A stretch of DNA of 64,000 nt, taken from contig JACOVG010000024.1 in the NCBI GenBank assembly GCA_016177405.1, positions 7,079 to 71,078 on the forward strand, in the 5' to 3' direction. Shown here piece by piece: positions 20,204-29,749 of the stretch. Position numbers and translations under genes: made by a program. Origin of the DNA: Candidatus Omnitrophota bacterium. GTDB taxonomy: Bacteria > Omnitrophota > Gorgyraeia > 1-14-0-20-64-10. The notes beneath the pieces are model-generated. The model made no database searches and was not told where the DNA came from. It worked only from the letters and a program-made list of their open reading frames with translations. Each line of letters starts with the position of its first letter. Position 1 is the stretch's first letter.

Positions 20204-22873
20204 ATGCCGTCACGTAGAATATTCCGCCGCCAGGGTGCAGCCGTCTTCACGCTGCTGGCCTTTGTCTCGCTTGAGCTGGCCGGGCCGGCAGGCGGTCTCG
20301 CCTTCGATAACCTCCGCCAGGCGGCGATCGGAGAGAACCGCTCCGGCCTGGAGGAGCTTGGAGAGAAGCTCCAAGGCGTCCCGGAGGGGGAGCTTTTTCC
20401 CGCGAGGACGAAAAGGCTGCTTCCCGTAGTCCTGGCTGTTTTCTTTGGCTTTGCACCGTCTCTTCCCAACGAGGAGGCAAAGCCCCCGCCATCCGCCCCA
20501 ACGTCAGGACCGGTTGGCCCAGCCGGCGAGCGAGCCGCGCCTCTTCCCCAGAGGGAGTTGGCCCTCATCAACCTGGAGCCGGGTTATTCCCTGGAAGATT
20601 TCGGCGCCAACCTGGAAGCGATTGCCCTGCAGGTCCCTCCCAAGGAGCGGACCCTGGTTTTTCTGCTTCCTCGGCCCTGGACCCTGCGGGATGTCTGGTG
20701 GTTCCTTCAGTCCGACAAGGAGGATCCGGACTACCACACCCTTTACCCCCTCCTTTATCGGCGAGATCCAAAACTCTTCAAGGATACCGAATCGAGAGAA
20801 GCGCTCCTTCGGCTGGTTGCTCGGATGCAGAGCGCCAACAGCGAAACGCTCGCCGACCTCTGGCGCTCCAACCCTGAATGGATGGCGCGGTTGGGTTTGA
20901 GGATCCATCGCCCAGACTCCGAAACCGCTGCCAGGTTCTTGGAGGCAGAATTTCTTCTTCAGTCCGCCTTCAACACTCTTTTTCTGGAAACCGATGAGGG
21001 AGGTCGGCCCGCCGCCGGGAGGATAGACGAATTCCTGGGACGGCTCCAGGAGGCCGTCTCCCTTCGCGCCCGCAGACCCAATCTTTCTGAGGTTGGCGCC
21101 CGCGAGATCAATGCGCTGATGAGCGAGAAGGAAACGACCCAGAAGTACCAGGCGGTTTCGGTCTTGATGGATGAGGCGTTTGGGGATGTGATGCCGTTTC
21201 TTGAAGAAAGGCCGGCGGCTCTCCCTCCATTGCGCGATCAAGAGCTTGCCGGGCGCCTGGAGAGAATTCCGGCGAACGAGTCCCTTCCCAAAGAGCTTCG
21301 GCTCGAGCTGCTTTCCTATCTGCTGGAGGGGGCGCTTTTGGACCGTGGAGAGCTCAAGCAGGGGTACAGCTCGTTCGCGCGGGAAAAGGAAAATGCTCCG
21401 CCGTTTGAGAAGTGGATCCATGAGATCCTCACCAGCCTCTCCGAGGAAAAGCTCATCGACTTCATCGGCCAGGTTGGAGAGGATTGGAGGGAGTACCTGG
21501 GCCGATTTGAGAACACCCTCTATGGGCCCGACGAAGAGGATGCCCGGGAGGTTTTTTCGGATTTTGTCCGGAGGCGCCTGAAGCAGAACCAGAAGAAGTG
21601 GCTTCCCAGGGCGATGCTTCAAAGGTTTGAAGAGCTGCTCGATCATCTGGAGAAGCTGCGGAAGCTCAAGCAGGGGCCTGGCAACCCCGACGACGACGGC
21701 AAGGAGGCGTACTCCTATCTCGACGCCACCCGCAGGCCCGCCCCCAGGCGCCTTGCCAGAGACACTTCCCGTCAGACCCGCTCCCGCGCCGCCGGGCTGG
21801 AGGAGCCGGAGCTTATCGTGGCACATCCCAACGAGGTAAATGGGTTAGGGGTCATTGATCGGGTTTGGCTTGGGGAGACGAAAATACAAGAAGAAGTCCT
21901 CCGGGAGGTATTGAGCCACCTAAGTCAGTTTGATCCCTCCATCGATCCGCTCAACTCCCTCGTGCTCAATGTCGCTTCAGGTCCTTTTCGTCTGAAACTC
22001 AAGGAGGGCCCACCGGAGGATCAAAACCTGATCAACATGGATCCTAACTACCCTAAGGGTTTCACGCAAAGCAAAGGAGCTAGGCTCCTTGGAGAGTCCA
22101 CATCCTCGGCCATTGAAAAAGGAACCTTCCGTTCCAAGTCCTCTCTTCCTAAGATTGTTCTCCTTTACCACCCGGAAGCGATGAGGGATTATCTGGGGGG
22201 AGATGAAAAGGTCCAAGCCTTCCTGAAACAAGTTTGGTCTCTTACCGCAGAGGGAGGGTGGATCCTTTTCATAGAGTCACGCTCGCCAGGCCGGGAATAC
22301 GGAAAGAGGCTGGACTATTTCTACCACCTGCTTTTAAAGGGGATTTCCTCGCAGAAACCGGCCCGTCTTTTCGTGGTCAGTGATAGCAAGGTAGGGAATC
22401 AGAAATTGGAGTTGTATGAGGTGTTGCGGCGCCCCCTGGTGGTTGCTCTCCAGAAGCCCGCCGGGCTGGAGGAGGGGCGGCGGACCTTGGGGATTCTGGG
22501 GGAGGCGGCGCAGGGGCCGGGGGTGGTGGTTGTGGATAAGGCGCTGTTGCCAGGCAGCTGGCTGGCGGAGTTCCTTAAGAGAGCTCCTGACCCGCTGGCC
22601 GGAAGGGTGGTAGCAGGCGGGTTGGAGGAACTGGATGAAGTGGTGGTTACCTTGATGGGTATGCCCCAAGCAGAGCGAATTGGCGTGGTGGGAGATCCGA
22701 AGATGGCGGAAGGCCTCTCTCGTCTTCTGCCTGACAGCATGGATGTGATACTGCTGGGTACCCACGTAGGCCTTGAAGAGATTTCTAGATTCTTAAGAGT
22801 GCCGGAGGCTGTTCTGGATCAGGTGGACGCGGCCGGGTTGGAGGAGGATCTGGCGGCCCAGCGGGGGGCGTAA
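20204..22873 (+). CDS. Exported modular hypothetical protein (889 aa) with six GLEE motifs; one module possibly SAM-methyltransferase-like
   Basis: Signal peptide. GLEE at 20345, 21794, 22463, 22619, 22769 and 22835. VLNVASGP...NMDP resembles class I MTase motifs I/II. Confidence 0.75.
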   Translation: MPSRRIFRRQGAAVFTLLAFVSLELAGPAGGLAFDNLRQAAIGENRSGLEELGEKLQGVPEGELFPARTKRLLPVVLAVFFGFAPSLPNEEAKPPPSAPTSGPVGPAGERAAPLPQRELALINLEPGYSLEDFGANLEAIALQVPPKERTLVFLLPRPWTLRDVWWFLQSDKEDPDYHTLYPLLYRRDPKLFKDTESREALLRLVARMQSANSETLADLWRSNPEWMARLGLRIHRPDSETAARFLEAEFLLQSAFNTLFLETDEGGRPAAGRIDEFLGRLQEAVSLRARRPNLSEVGAREINALMSEKETTQKYQAVSVLMDEAFGDVMPFLEERPAALPPLRDQELAGRLERIPANESLPKELRLELLSYLLEGALLDRGELKQGYSSFAREKENAPPFEKWIHEILTSLSEEKLIDFIGQVGEDWREYLGRFENTLYGPDEEDAREVFSDFVRRRLKQNQKKWLPRAMLQRFEELLDHLEKLRKLKQGPGNPDDDGKEAYSYLDATRRPAPRRLARDTSRQTRSRAAGLEEPELIVAHPNEVNGLGVIDRVWLGETKIQEEVLREVLSHLSQFDPSIDPLNSLVLNVASGPFRLKLKEGPPEDQNLINMDPNYPKGFTQSKGARLLGESTSSAIEKGTFRSKSSLPKIVLLYHPEAMRDYLGGDEKVQAFLKQVWSLTAEGGWILFIESRSPGREYGKRLDYFYHLLLKGISSQKPARLFVVSDSKVGNQKLELYEVLRRPLVVALQKPAGLEEGRRTLGILGEAAQGPGVVVVDKALLPGSWLAEFLKRAPDPLAGRVVAGGLEELDEVVVTLMGMPQAERIGVVGDPKMAEGLSRLLPDSMDVILLGTHVGLEEISRFLRVPEAVLDQVDAAGLEEDLAAQRGA

Positions 22874-22902
22874 GGGGTGTATCCGTATGCTATACTTAAT
22901 GT

Positions 22903-23349
22903 ATGGTGCCGGTGAAATTTTCAACGGAAATTCCAAGTCTGGGACCCACGGTCAGGAAGAAGCTGAAGCGCCTGGGAGTGGCCCTGGTCTATCTGTACGG
23001 TTCGGAGGCGATCGGGCGATCCAGCGCCTTGAGCGACATTGATGTAGGGATTGTCTTCAGGGATTCGGGCCGCCTGAGGGATCGCCGGCGGCGGTTCCAC
23101 CTTCGTTCCGATCTGGTGCAGTGCCTCGGTTCAGTTCTTGCCCCTGGGTTCACGAGAGAGATCGATCTCGTCTTCCTGCAGTCCGCATCTGCCATTCTCC
23201 GATTTGAGGCCACAAAGTTTGGGCGCCTGCTGTTTGTCGCCGCTCCTCTCTTCTGGGCCAACTATGAGGCCTCGGTCCTTAAGGAGTATCTCGACGTCCA
23301 CCCCCTGGTTGAAGTCCACTATCAAGCGGTACTGGAACGGGCCGCATGA
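22903..23349 (+). CDS. MNT minimal nucleotidyltransferase, MntA-type antitoxin
   Basis: YLYGSEAIG...SDIDVGI and EIDLVFL; coupled to a HEPN gene. Confidence 0.88.
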   Translation: MVPVKFSTEIPSLGPTVRKKLKRLGVALVYLYGSEAIGRSSALSDIDVGIVFRDSGRLRDRRRRFHLRSDLVQCLGSVLAPGFTREIDLVFLQSASAILRFEATKFGRLLFVAAPLFWANYEASVLKEYLDVHPLVEVHYQAVLERAA

Positions 23350-23813
23350 AGGCGGTTCCCCTCAATCGCAAGGTTCTTGTCAATCGCCTCGCTGAGATAG
23401 AGAGGGACCTTGTGGAACTGGCGAAATTTAAGGATATGAAACTCAAGGAGTTCACCCACGGGGTTCATTATGCCGTGGCGGAGCACCACCTCCGTCGGGC
23501 GCTTGAGGCGATCTTTGATGCGGGAAACCACATCCTCTCGCGCCTGCCCCTGGCCCCCAGTCAGAGGCCAGAGACGTACAAGGCCATCGCTCTTACCCTG
23601 GGCCGTTACAAGGTGGTTTCTCAAGCCTTTGCCCAAGGCCCGTTGTCTCAAATGGCTGGTTACCGGAACCGATTGGTCCATTTCTACGATGAGATTACCT
23701 CGGGGGAGCTCTATGGAATTGTTCAGAACGATCTTCGAGACATAGAGGCGTTCGCTAAGTCTCTACGGAGGGTTATCCTCAACCCCGGACGGATTGGTTT
23801 GACGATCCAGTAG
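23346..23813 (+). CDS. HEPN (DUF86/HepT-type) RNase toxin
   Basis: MAGYRNRLVHFY (RxxxxHxY) motif. Confidence 0.88.
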   Translation: MKAVPLNRKVLVNRLAEIERDLVELAKFKDMKLKEFTHGVHYAVAEHHLRRALEAIFDAGNHILSRLPLAPSQRPETYKAIALTLGRYKVVSQAFAQGPLSQMAGYRNRLVHFYDEITSGELYGIVQNDLRDIEAFAKSLRRVILNPGRIGLTIQ

Positions 23814-23818
23814 GGCGC

Positions 23819-25255
23819 TTAGAAGAAGGAGCGGACGGCGGCGAGGGAGAGCCGGACGCACGGCTCCTGGAAGATGCCGATCCCTAGGATGCCGGCCAGG
23901 CAGGCGTACAGGGCCAGCCGGACCGGCAGGGAAACCGGGATGGGGGTGGGGTCTTTGGGAGGGTCGGCGTACATGGTCGCCACCAGCAGGAGATAGTAGT
24001 AGAGGGAGATCACCACGGCCGCCGCCCCCACGATGGCCACCCACAGGAATCCCTCCTGAATGGCGCTCAAGAGGAGCAGGAACTTCCCAAAGAATCCGAC
24101 CATCGGCGGCACGCCGGCCAGAGACAGCAAGGCCACGAACATCGCCGCCGCCAGGAACGGGGAGCGCCTGGAAAGCCCGGCGTAATCCGCCATCTCATCC
24201 GAGCCCACCGCCTGCCAGAAGGCCGAGATCACCAGGAAGATCGTCAGGTTGCTCACCAGATACCCCGCCAGATAGAAGCTTGTTGCCGCCGAACCCAGCG
24301 ACGAGGCGGCCGCCACGCCGATTAAGATGTAGCCGGCGTGCCCGATGGAGGAATAGCCCATGAGGCGCTTGATGTTCTTTTGCGGGATGGCGCAGAGGTT
24401 GCCGTAGAGGATCGTCAAACCGGCGAGCCAGGCGATGAGGCCCGCCCATTGGTTTGAGGCGGGCAGGAAGAGCTCGTGCAGGACCCGCAGGGCCGCCACA
24501 AAGCCGGCCGATTTGGAGCCCACCGACAAGAAGGCGGTCACCGGAGTCGGGGCCCCCTCGTAGACGTCCGGCACCCACAGGTGAAGGGGAACGCAGGCCG
24601 CCTTGAAGGTGATGCCGCTGACGATGAGGAGAAGCCCCAGGGCGAGACCCGGCGAAAGGGTGGTTCGGCCCGCCAGGGCCTGGCGCAGGCCCGCGAAGCT
24701 GGTGGTGCCGGCGGCTCCGTAGACCCAGGCGATCCCGTAGAGGAACAGGCCCGAAGCGATGGAGCCCAGGATGAGATACTTGAGCCCCGCCTCCAGGGAC
24801 CGGGCGTCGGTTTTGAGGTAGGCGGTCATCACGTAGAAGCTGATCGTGATGAGCTCCAGCGCCACGAAGAGCATCAGGAAGCTGGCCGAAGAGGCCGCCA
24901 GCAGCATCCCCAGCAGGGCCAGCAGGATAAGCGCGGTGAATTCCGCGTGGGCCCTCTCCAGGGTCCGGGAGAATTCCCGGGTCATCACCAGCACCAGGAT
25001 TCCCGCCGCGACGAAGATCACCTTGAAGAAAAGGGCCAGGGGGTCCAGCCGGTACATCCCGCCCAAGAGGGTCCGGGTTCCGAGGTTCACCTGCAAGAGG
25101 AGGATCGGGGCGACCGGAAGCAAGGCGATGGCGGCGCCGAGAGGAATCTCCCGCGAGCCCTTTCCCTTGCAGGCCAGGTCCACCAGGAGAATGAGGGCGG
25201 CCAGCCCCGCCACCCAGAGCTCGGGCGCCAGATACCACAAATGGGGCGGCATCAT
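23819..25255 (-). CDS. nuoN: NADH-quinone oxidoreductase subunit N
   Basis: EAGLKY, PLHLWVPDVYEGAPTPVTAFLS and KRLMGYSSIGHAGY. Confidence 0.95.
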   Translation of the reverse strand: MMPPHLWYLAPELWVAGLAALILLVDLACKGKGSREIPLGAAIALLPVAPILLLQVNLGTRTLLGGMYRLDPLALFFKVIFVAAGILVLVMTREFSRTLERAHAEFTALILLALLGMLLAASSASFLMLFVALELITISFYVMTAYLKTDARSLEAGLKYLILGSIASGLFLYGIAWVYGAAGTTSFAGLRQALAGRTTLSPGLALGLLLIVSGITFKAACVPLHLWVPDVYEGAPTPVTAFLSVGSKSAGFVAALRVLHELFLPASNQWAGLIAWLAGLTILYGNLCAIPQKNIKRLMGYSSIGHAGYILIGVAAASSLGSAATSFYLAGYLVSNLTIFLVISAFWQAVGSDEMADYAGLSRRSPFLAAAMFVALLSLAGVPPMVGFFGKFLLLLSAIQEGFLWVAIVGAAAVVISLYYYLLLVATMYADPPKDPTPIPVSLPVRLALYACLAGILGIGIFQEPCVRLSLAAVRSFF

Positions 25256-26742
25256 CGCATCGCCACCACTTGAAGGCCCTCCAGCGGGCTCAAGGCCGAG
25301 GGAACGGAGACGGCGATCAGGTCGGTCAGCAGGCTCGGGAAACAGCCGACAATGACCAACGCGGTGATGAGGATGAAATACGGCAGGCGCTCAAACGGCG
25401 CGGCGTCCTTCAAGCCGGCCCAGCGGGGGTTGAGCGGACCGAAGAAACCGGTCCGGACGGCCCGGAGCATGTAGAAGGCGGTGATGACGATTCCAAAGAC
25501 CGCCGCCAAGGCCGGCAGGCGGTACGTCTCCCAGGAGCCGAAGAAGACCAGAAGCTCCGCGACGAAGTTGGCGAAGCCGGGCAGACCGCTTGAGGCCAGG
25601 GCGGAGACGACAAAGGCGGTCGCGATGAAGGGAACCTGCCGGGCCAGGCCTCCCCACTCGGCGATCTGCCGGGTGTGGGTCTGGTCGTAGATGTGGCCCA
25701 CCGCCGCGAAGGCCAGGGCGGTCATCAGCCCATGCGCGAACATGAGGAGCACCGCCCCCGAGACCGCCAGCGGGTTGAGGCACGCGATTCCCAGCAGGAC
25801 ATACCCCATGTGGCTGGAGGAGGAGTAGCCGATCAGGAACTTGATGTCCTTCTGGGCCAGCGCCACAAAGCCGCCGTAGAGGATGTTCATGATGGAGATC
25901 CCGGCCACCCAGGGAAGCCAGGTGTAGGCCCCCTCCGGCAAAAGCCCCACCGCGACCCGGAGGATGGCGTAGGAGCCGAGCTTCATCAGCACCCCGGCGT
26001 GAAGCATGCTGACGGCCGAGGGGGCGGCGGCGTGTCCGATGGGAGACCAGGAGTGCAGCGGCCACATGGGGGCGATCACCCCGAAGCCTATTAAGAGGAA
26101 GGGAAAGAGCCAGCGCTGGAACGAGCCGGGGATGGGGTTTTGGGCGAGGTACCTGGAAAGCTCGATCAGGTCGAAGCTTCGGATCCCGCTGATCAGGTAC
26201 AGGCTCAAGAGGCCCACCAGGGCGAGCACCGCCCCGGCGGTGAGGTACAGGGTCAGCTTCATCGTGGCGTACGCCTTCTCCCCGGAACCCCAGATGCCGA
26301 TCAGGGGGAACATGGGGATCACCGCCATCTCGTAAAAGAGGTAGAAGAAGAAAAGGTCCAGCGAGACAAAGACCCCGTAGACCCCGCCGATCAAGAGCAG
26401 GTAAAAAAGGTAATACTCCTTCACCCGCTCCTTGATCCGGTAGGAGATGAGCACCCCGGTGAAGCTGCACAGCGCGTGCAGGAGCACCAGGACCGCGCTG
26501 ATCCCGTCCACCCCCACCTGGTAATGGATTCCCAATGCGCGGATCCAAGGGATCCGGTCCACCCACTGGAAGCCGCCTTGCGCTTTGGAATAGGCCGCCG
26601 CCAGAAAAAGGGCCAGCACCAGGGGAATTCCGGTGGCGGCCGCGGCGATCCGGCGGACCCATTTGACTTGGTGGGATGGGATGCCGAGCAGGGCCGCCGC
26701 CCCAAGGAAGGGCAGAAGAAGAATCCAGCTTACCGGGCCCAT
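25252..26742 (-). CDS. nuoM: NADH-quinone oxidoreductase subunit M
   Basis: GVDGIS, PMWPLHSW, GVLMKLGSY and GLPGFANFVAE. Confidence 0.95.
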   Translation of the reverse strand: MGPVSWILLLPFLGAAALLGIPSHQVKWVRRIAAAATGIPLVLALFLAAAYSKAQGGFQWVDRIPWIRALGIHYQVGVDGISAVLVLLHALCSFTGVLISYRIKERVKEYYLFYLLLIGGVYGVFVSLDLFFFYLFYEMAVIPMFPLIGIWGSGEKAYATMKLTLYLTAGAVLALVGLLSLYLISGIRSFDLIELSRYLAQNPIPGSFQRWLFPFLLIGFGVIAPMWPLHSWSPIGHAAAPSAVSMLHAGVLMKLGSYAILRVAVGLLPEGAYTWLPWVAGISIMNILYGGFVALAQKDIKFLIGYSSSSHMGYVLLGIACLNPLAVSGAVLLMFAHGLMTALAFAAVGHIYDQTHTRQIAEWGGLARQVPFIATAFVVSALASSGLPGFANFVAELLVFFGSWETYRLPALAAVFGIVITAFYMLRAVRTGFFGPLNPRWAGLKDAAPFERLPYFILITALVIVGCFPSLLTDLIAVSVPSALSPLEGLQVVAMR

Positions 26743-28592
26743 GGTTTACCCAATGATAAAAAGGTGAGCAGGCTTAGGCCGGCCAGAAAAAGGAGGGCGT
26801 AGGCCTGAACCTTCCCGGTCTGGATGAGCCGAAGCGCGCTGCCAGTTAACCCGGTCATCTTGGCGGTCCCGTTGACCCACAGGCCGATGATCACATACCG
26901 CTCGAAGGCGTTGGAGAGGTGGGCCAGCCTTTGCTGGACGTTGCGGTTGATCCAGGCGTAGAGGTCATCCACGAAGTATTTGCGCTCCAAAAGGGTAAGG
27001 AAGGGCCGCGCGAGACGCGTGAGCCACGGCAGGGGCCGCCAGGAGAGGCGAAAGAGCGCGAAGGCCAACCCCAGCCCTGCCGCCGAAACCACGGTGGAAG
27101 TGACGGCGACGGTCCAGTTCATCTCCTCGTGGTTGGGAGCGCCCATGAGAAAGTGGGGAATGCCGAGGAACCCCCCCACGGCCGAGAAAAAGGCCAGCAC
27201 CAGGAGCGGCCGGGTCATGATGGGGGGCGCCTCACGCGCGGGGTGGCGCGCCCGGGATTCCCCCAGGAAGGCGATGGAGACAAGCCTGCCCATGTAAAAG
27301 GCGGTGAGCCCCGCCGTGAGCGTGCCGATTTTCCACAGCAGGGGATCGTGGGCGTAGGCGACGGCCAGAATCTCATCCTTGCTGAAGAAGCCGCTTAGGG
27401 GAAAGATTCCGCACAGGGCGAACGTCCCCACCAGGAAGGTGGCGGAGGTGACCGGCATCGGCTTGAGCAGTCCTCCCATCTGGCGGATGTCGTTGGTGTG
27501 AAGGGCGTGGATCACCGAGCCGGCCCCCAGGAAAAGCAGGGCCTTGAAAAAGGCGTGGGTGGTCAGGTGATAGATCCCGGCGGCGCGCCCCCCCAGCCCC
27601 AGGGCCATCACCATGAACCCGAGCTGGCTCAAGGTGGAGTAGGCCAGGATCCGCTTGATGTCGTTTTCCACCAGGGCCAGACCGGCCGCGAGCAAGGCGG
27701 TGGCGCCGCCCACCCAGGCGATGAGGGCCATCAGATCGGGTGAGGCCGCGAAAAGAAAGAAGGCCCGCGACAGGAGGTAGACCCCGGCCGCCACCATGGT
27801 GGCGGCGTGGATCAGGGCCGAGACCGGCGTGGGGCCCTCCATGGCGTCCGGCAGCCAGACGTGCAGAGGAAACTGGGCCGATTTTCCGACGACCCCGCAG
27901 AAGATGAGCCCGCCGGCCAGGGCCAGCAGTGAAGCGTTCACCGCGGGCGAGGCGGCCAGGAACTCCAGGCGCTTGGCCAGCTCCAGGTAGTTGAGGGTTT
28001 TGGTTTCTCCGGCCAGCCCCGAGAGGGACCAGAGAAGGAGGATCCCAAGCAGGAATCCGAAATCGGCGATCCGGTTCACGAGAAAGGCCTTCTTGCCGGC
28101 CTCCGCCGCCTTGGGGCGGTCGTACCAATGCCCGATGAGGAGGTAGGAGCTGGCGCCGACCAGCTCCCAGAAGATGAAGCAGGTCACGAAGTTGTTGGCG
28201 AGCACGATCCCCAGCATGGAGAAGGCAAAGAGGGACAGGACCGCGAAATAGCGGGTGAACCCGGCGTCCCCCTTCATGTAGCCCACCGAATAGATGAAGA
28301 TGTTCAGCCCCACCCCGGTGACCACCAGGCTCATCAGGACGGCCCAGGGGTCCACGAGGATCCCGAATTCCAGCAGGAGGCCCGGCAGTTTAACCCACGT
28401 GAGCGAGCTCTCGGCCGCGTTCTTCAGGGTGTGCGCCGCCGGCTGAAGGAGGAGCGCCACGGCGCAGAAGAAGGAAACGGCCAGGCCGCCGATGGCCAAC
28501 CCCGCCGAGATCCTCCGGGAGCGCAGGCCCACCCCCACGATCCCGAGGAACGCCAGGGCCGGCGCGAACAGCAAGACCCAGGCCGCTACCAT
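26730..28592 (-). CDS. nuoL: NADH-quinone oxidoreductase subunit L
   Basis: GKSAQFPLHVWLPDAMEGPTPVSALIHAATMV and HAFFKALLFLGAG. Confidence 0.97.
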   Translation of the reverse strand: MVAAWVLLFAPALAFLGIVGVGLRSRRISAGLAIGGLAVSFFCAVALLLQPAAHTLKNAAESSLTWVKLPGLLLEFGILVDPWAVLMSLVVTGVGLNIFIYSVGYMKGDAGFTRYFAVLSLFAFSMLGIVLANNFVTCFIFWELVGASSYLLIGHWYDRPKAAEAGKKAFLVNRIADFGFLLGILLLWSLSGLAGETKTLNYLELAKRLEFLAASPAVNASLLALAGGLIFCGVVGKSAQFPLHVWLPDAMEGPTPVSALIHAATMVAAGVYLLSRAFFLFAASPDLMALIAWVGGATALLAAGLALVENDIKRILAYSTLSQLGFMVMALGLGGRAAGIYHLTTHAFFKALLFLGAGSVIHALHTNDIRQMGGLLKPMPVTSATFLVGTFALCGIFPLSGFFSKDEILAVAYAHDPLLWKIGTLTAGLTAFYMGRLVSIAFLGESRARHPAREAPPIMTRPLLVLAFFSAVGGFLGIPHFLMGAPNHEEMNWTVAVTSTVVSAAGLGLAFALFRLSWRPLPWLTRLARPFLTLLERKYFVDDLYAWINRNVQQRLAHLSNAFERYVIIGLWVNGTAKMTGLTGSALRLIQTGKVQAYALLFLAGLSLLTFLSLGKPWAR

Positions 28593-28608
28593 TTCGGTTC
28601 GGCCTCGC

Positions 28609-28920
28609 TCACCATTTGAGATTCCGGAAGGAATCGGCGTCCGACTTGCCCGTCCGCCGGACCATCACCACCGCGATGGCCAGCCCCACCGCGACCTCGG
28701 CCGCGGCCACGATCATCACGAAGAAGACCATGATCTGGCCCTCCAGATTCCCGAGGATCTTCGAGAAGGTGACGAAGGCGAGGTTGGCCGCGGAGAGGAT
28801 CAGCTCCAGCGAGAGCAGGATCATGATGATGTTCCGGCGGCTGGCGGCCCCCGCCAGGCCGATCGCGAACAGAAGGCCGCTAAGAACGAGATAGTGGGAA
28901 GGGCCGACGGGTGGAATCAC
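28609..28920 (-). CDS. nuoK: NADH-quinone oxidoreductase subunit K
   Basis: RRNIIMILLSLELIL and AAAEVAVGLAI. Confidence 0.95.
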   Translation of the reverse strand: MIPPVGPSHYLVLSGLLFAIGLAGAASRRNIIMILLSLELILSAANLAFVTFSKILGNLEGQIMVFFVMIVAAAEVAVGLAIAVVMVRRTGKSDADSFRNLKW

Positions 28921-29408
28921 AGCTTCTTCTTGGCCAGGACGACCGCGCCGATCACCCCCACCAGAAGGAGCAGGGAGGCCGCTTCAAAGGGGAGGGCGTA
29001 GGTGGTGAAGAGGAGCTTGCCGACCGCGACAACGGTTCCCTCGACCGGCTGAACCCCCGCGGGGATGGGAAGGGTTCGGGCGACCCTCGCCGTCTGCCAG
29101 AAGAGCAGGCCCCCCAGCCCCAGGGCGGCCCCGCGCCAGGTGGCCGAGCGCAGACGGGACAGCTCGTCGGGGCGAAGATCAAGCAGCATCACCACGAAGA
29201 GAAAGAGAACCAGGATCGCCCCGGCGTAAACCAGAATCTGGATGGCCGCCACAAAGAAAGCCCCCAGCAGGACGAACAGGCCCGAAAGCCCAAACAGGGC
29301 CGCCACCAGGCTCAAGACGGCGTAGACCGGGTGCCGGGCCAGCAAGACACCCAGGGCTCCCAGGAGGGTCACGAAGGCCAAGCCGTAGAAAAGGATGGGA
29401 CTTTCCAT
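28917..29408 (-). CDS. nuoJ: NADH-quinone oxidoreductase subunit J
   Basis: QILVYAGAILVLFLFVVMLL and LPFEAAS. Confidence 0.95.
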   Translation of the reverse strand: MESPILFYGLAFVTLLGALGVLLARHPVYAVLSLVAALFGLSGLFVLLGAFFVAAIQILVYAGAILVLFLFVVMLLDLRPDELSRLRSATWRGAALGLGGLLFWQTARVARTLPIPAGVQPVEGTVVAVGKLLFTTYALPFEAASLLLLVGVIGAVVLAKKKL

Positions 29409-29471
29409 GAAATGGTCATTCTACCTCAAAAAGCCGCAAAAAGGTGCCGGGCACCTTAGAGCGCTTGCACT

Positions 29472-29566
29472 CCTCATCCCGTCCTTCTCCCCTCACAGGG
29501 GAGAAGGTAAGGTTGAGGGGTACCTCTTTCCCTCTCCCCTCGCGGGAGAGGGCGGGGGGTGAGGGG
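29472..29566. repeat. Inverted pair of REP-like palindromes, family 2
   Basis: CCTCATCCCGTCCTTCTCCCCTCACAGGGGAGAAGG and CCCTCTCCCCTCGCGGGAGAGGGCGGGGGGTGAGGGG. Confidence 0.7.
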
Positions 29567-29634
29567 TGTCCCTTTTTGGAGCGTCCCCGATATACGATAT
29601 GTACTATTAGCCATACTTCTGGTATACTCTTACT

Positions 29635-29749
29635 GTGGACAAAGATTACGGCAGCTTTATTTGGAACCTAGAGAAGAAGCGGAAAGATCAGGATCTTTGG
29701 CGCGGGCTATTGGAGAGGAGGGAAGAGATACTATGAGCGGGAAAAGTAG
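29635..29749 (+). pseudogene. Internally deleted BrnT-like toxin remnant
   Basis: N-terminus VDKDYGSFIWNLEK joined out of frame to C-terminus GKIRIFGAGYWRGGKRYYEREK*, overlapping the antitoxin start. Confidence 0.65.

Noticed and set aside
22903-23813. MNT-HEPN pair as a novel system
   Set aside because: It matches the well-described HepT/MntA toxin-antitoxin type
13837-26802. Long antisense or alternate-frame ORFs over nuo and neighbouring genes
   Set aside because: Shadow ORFs typical of high-GC coding DNA, with no protein motifs
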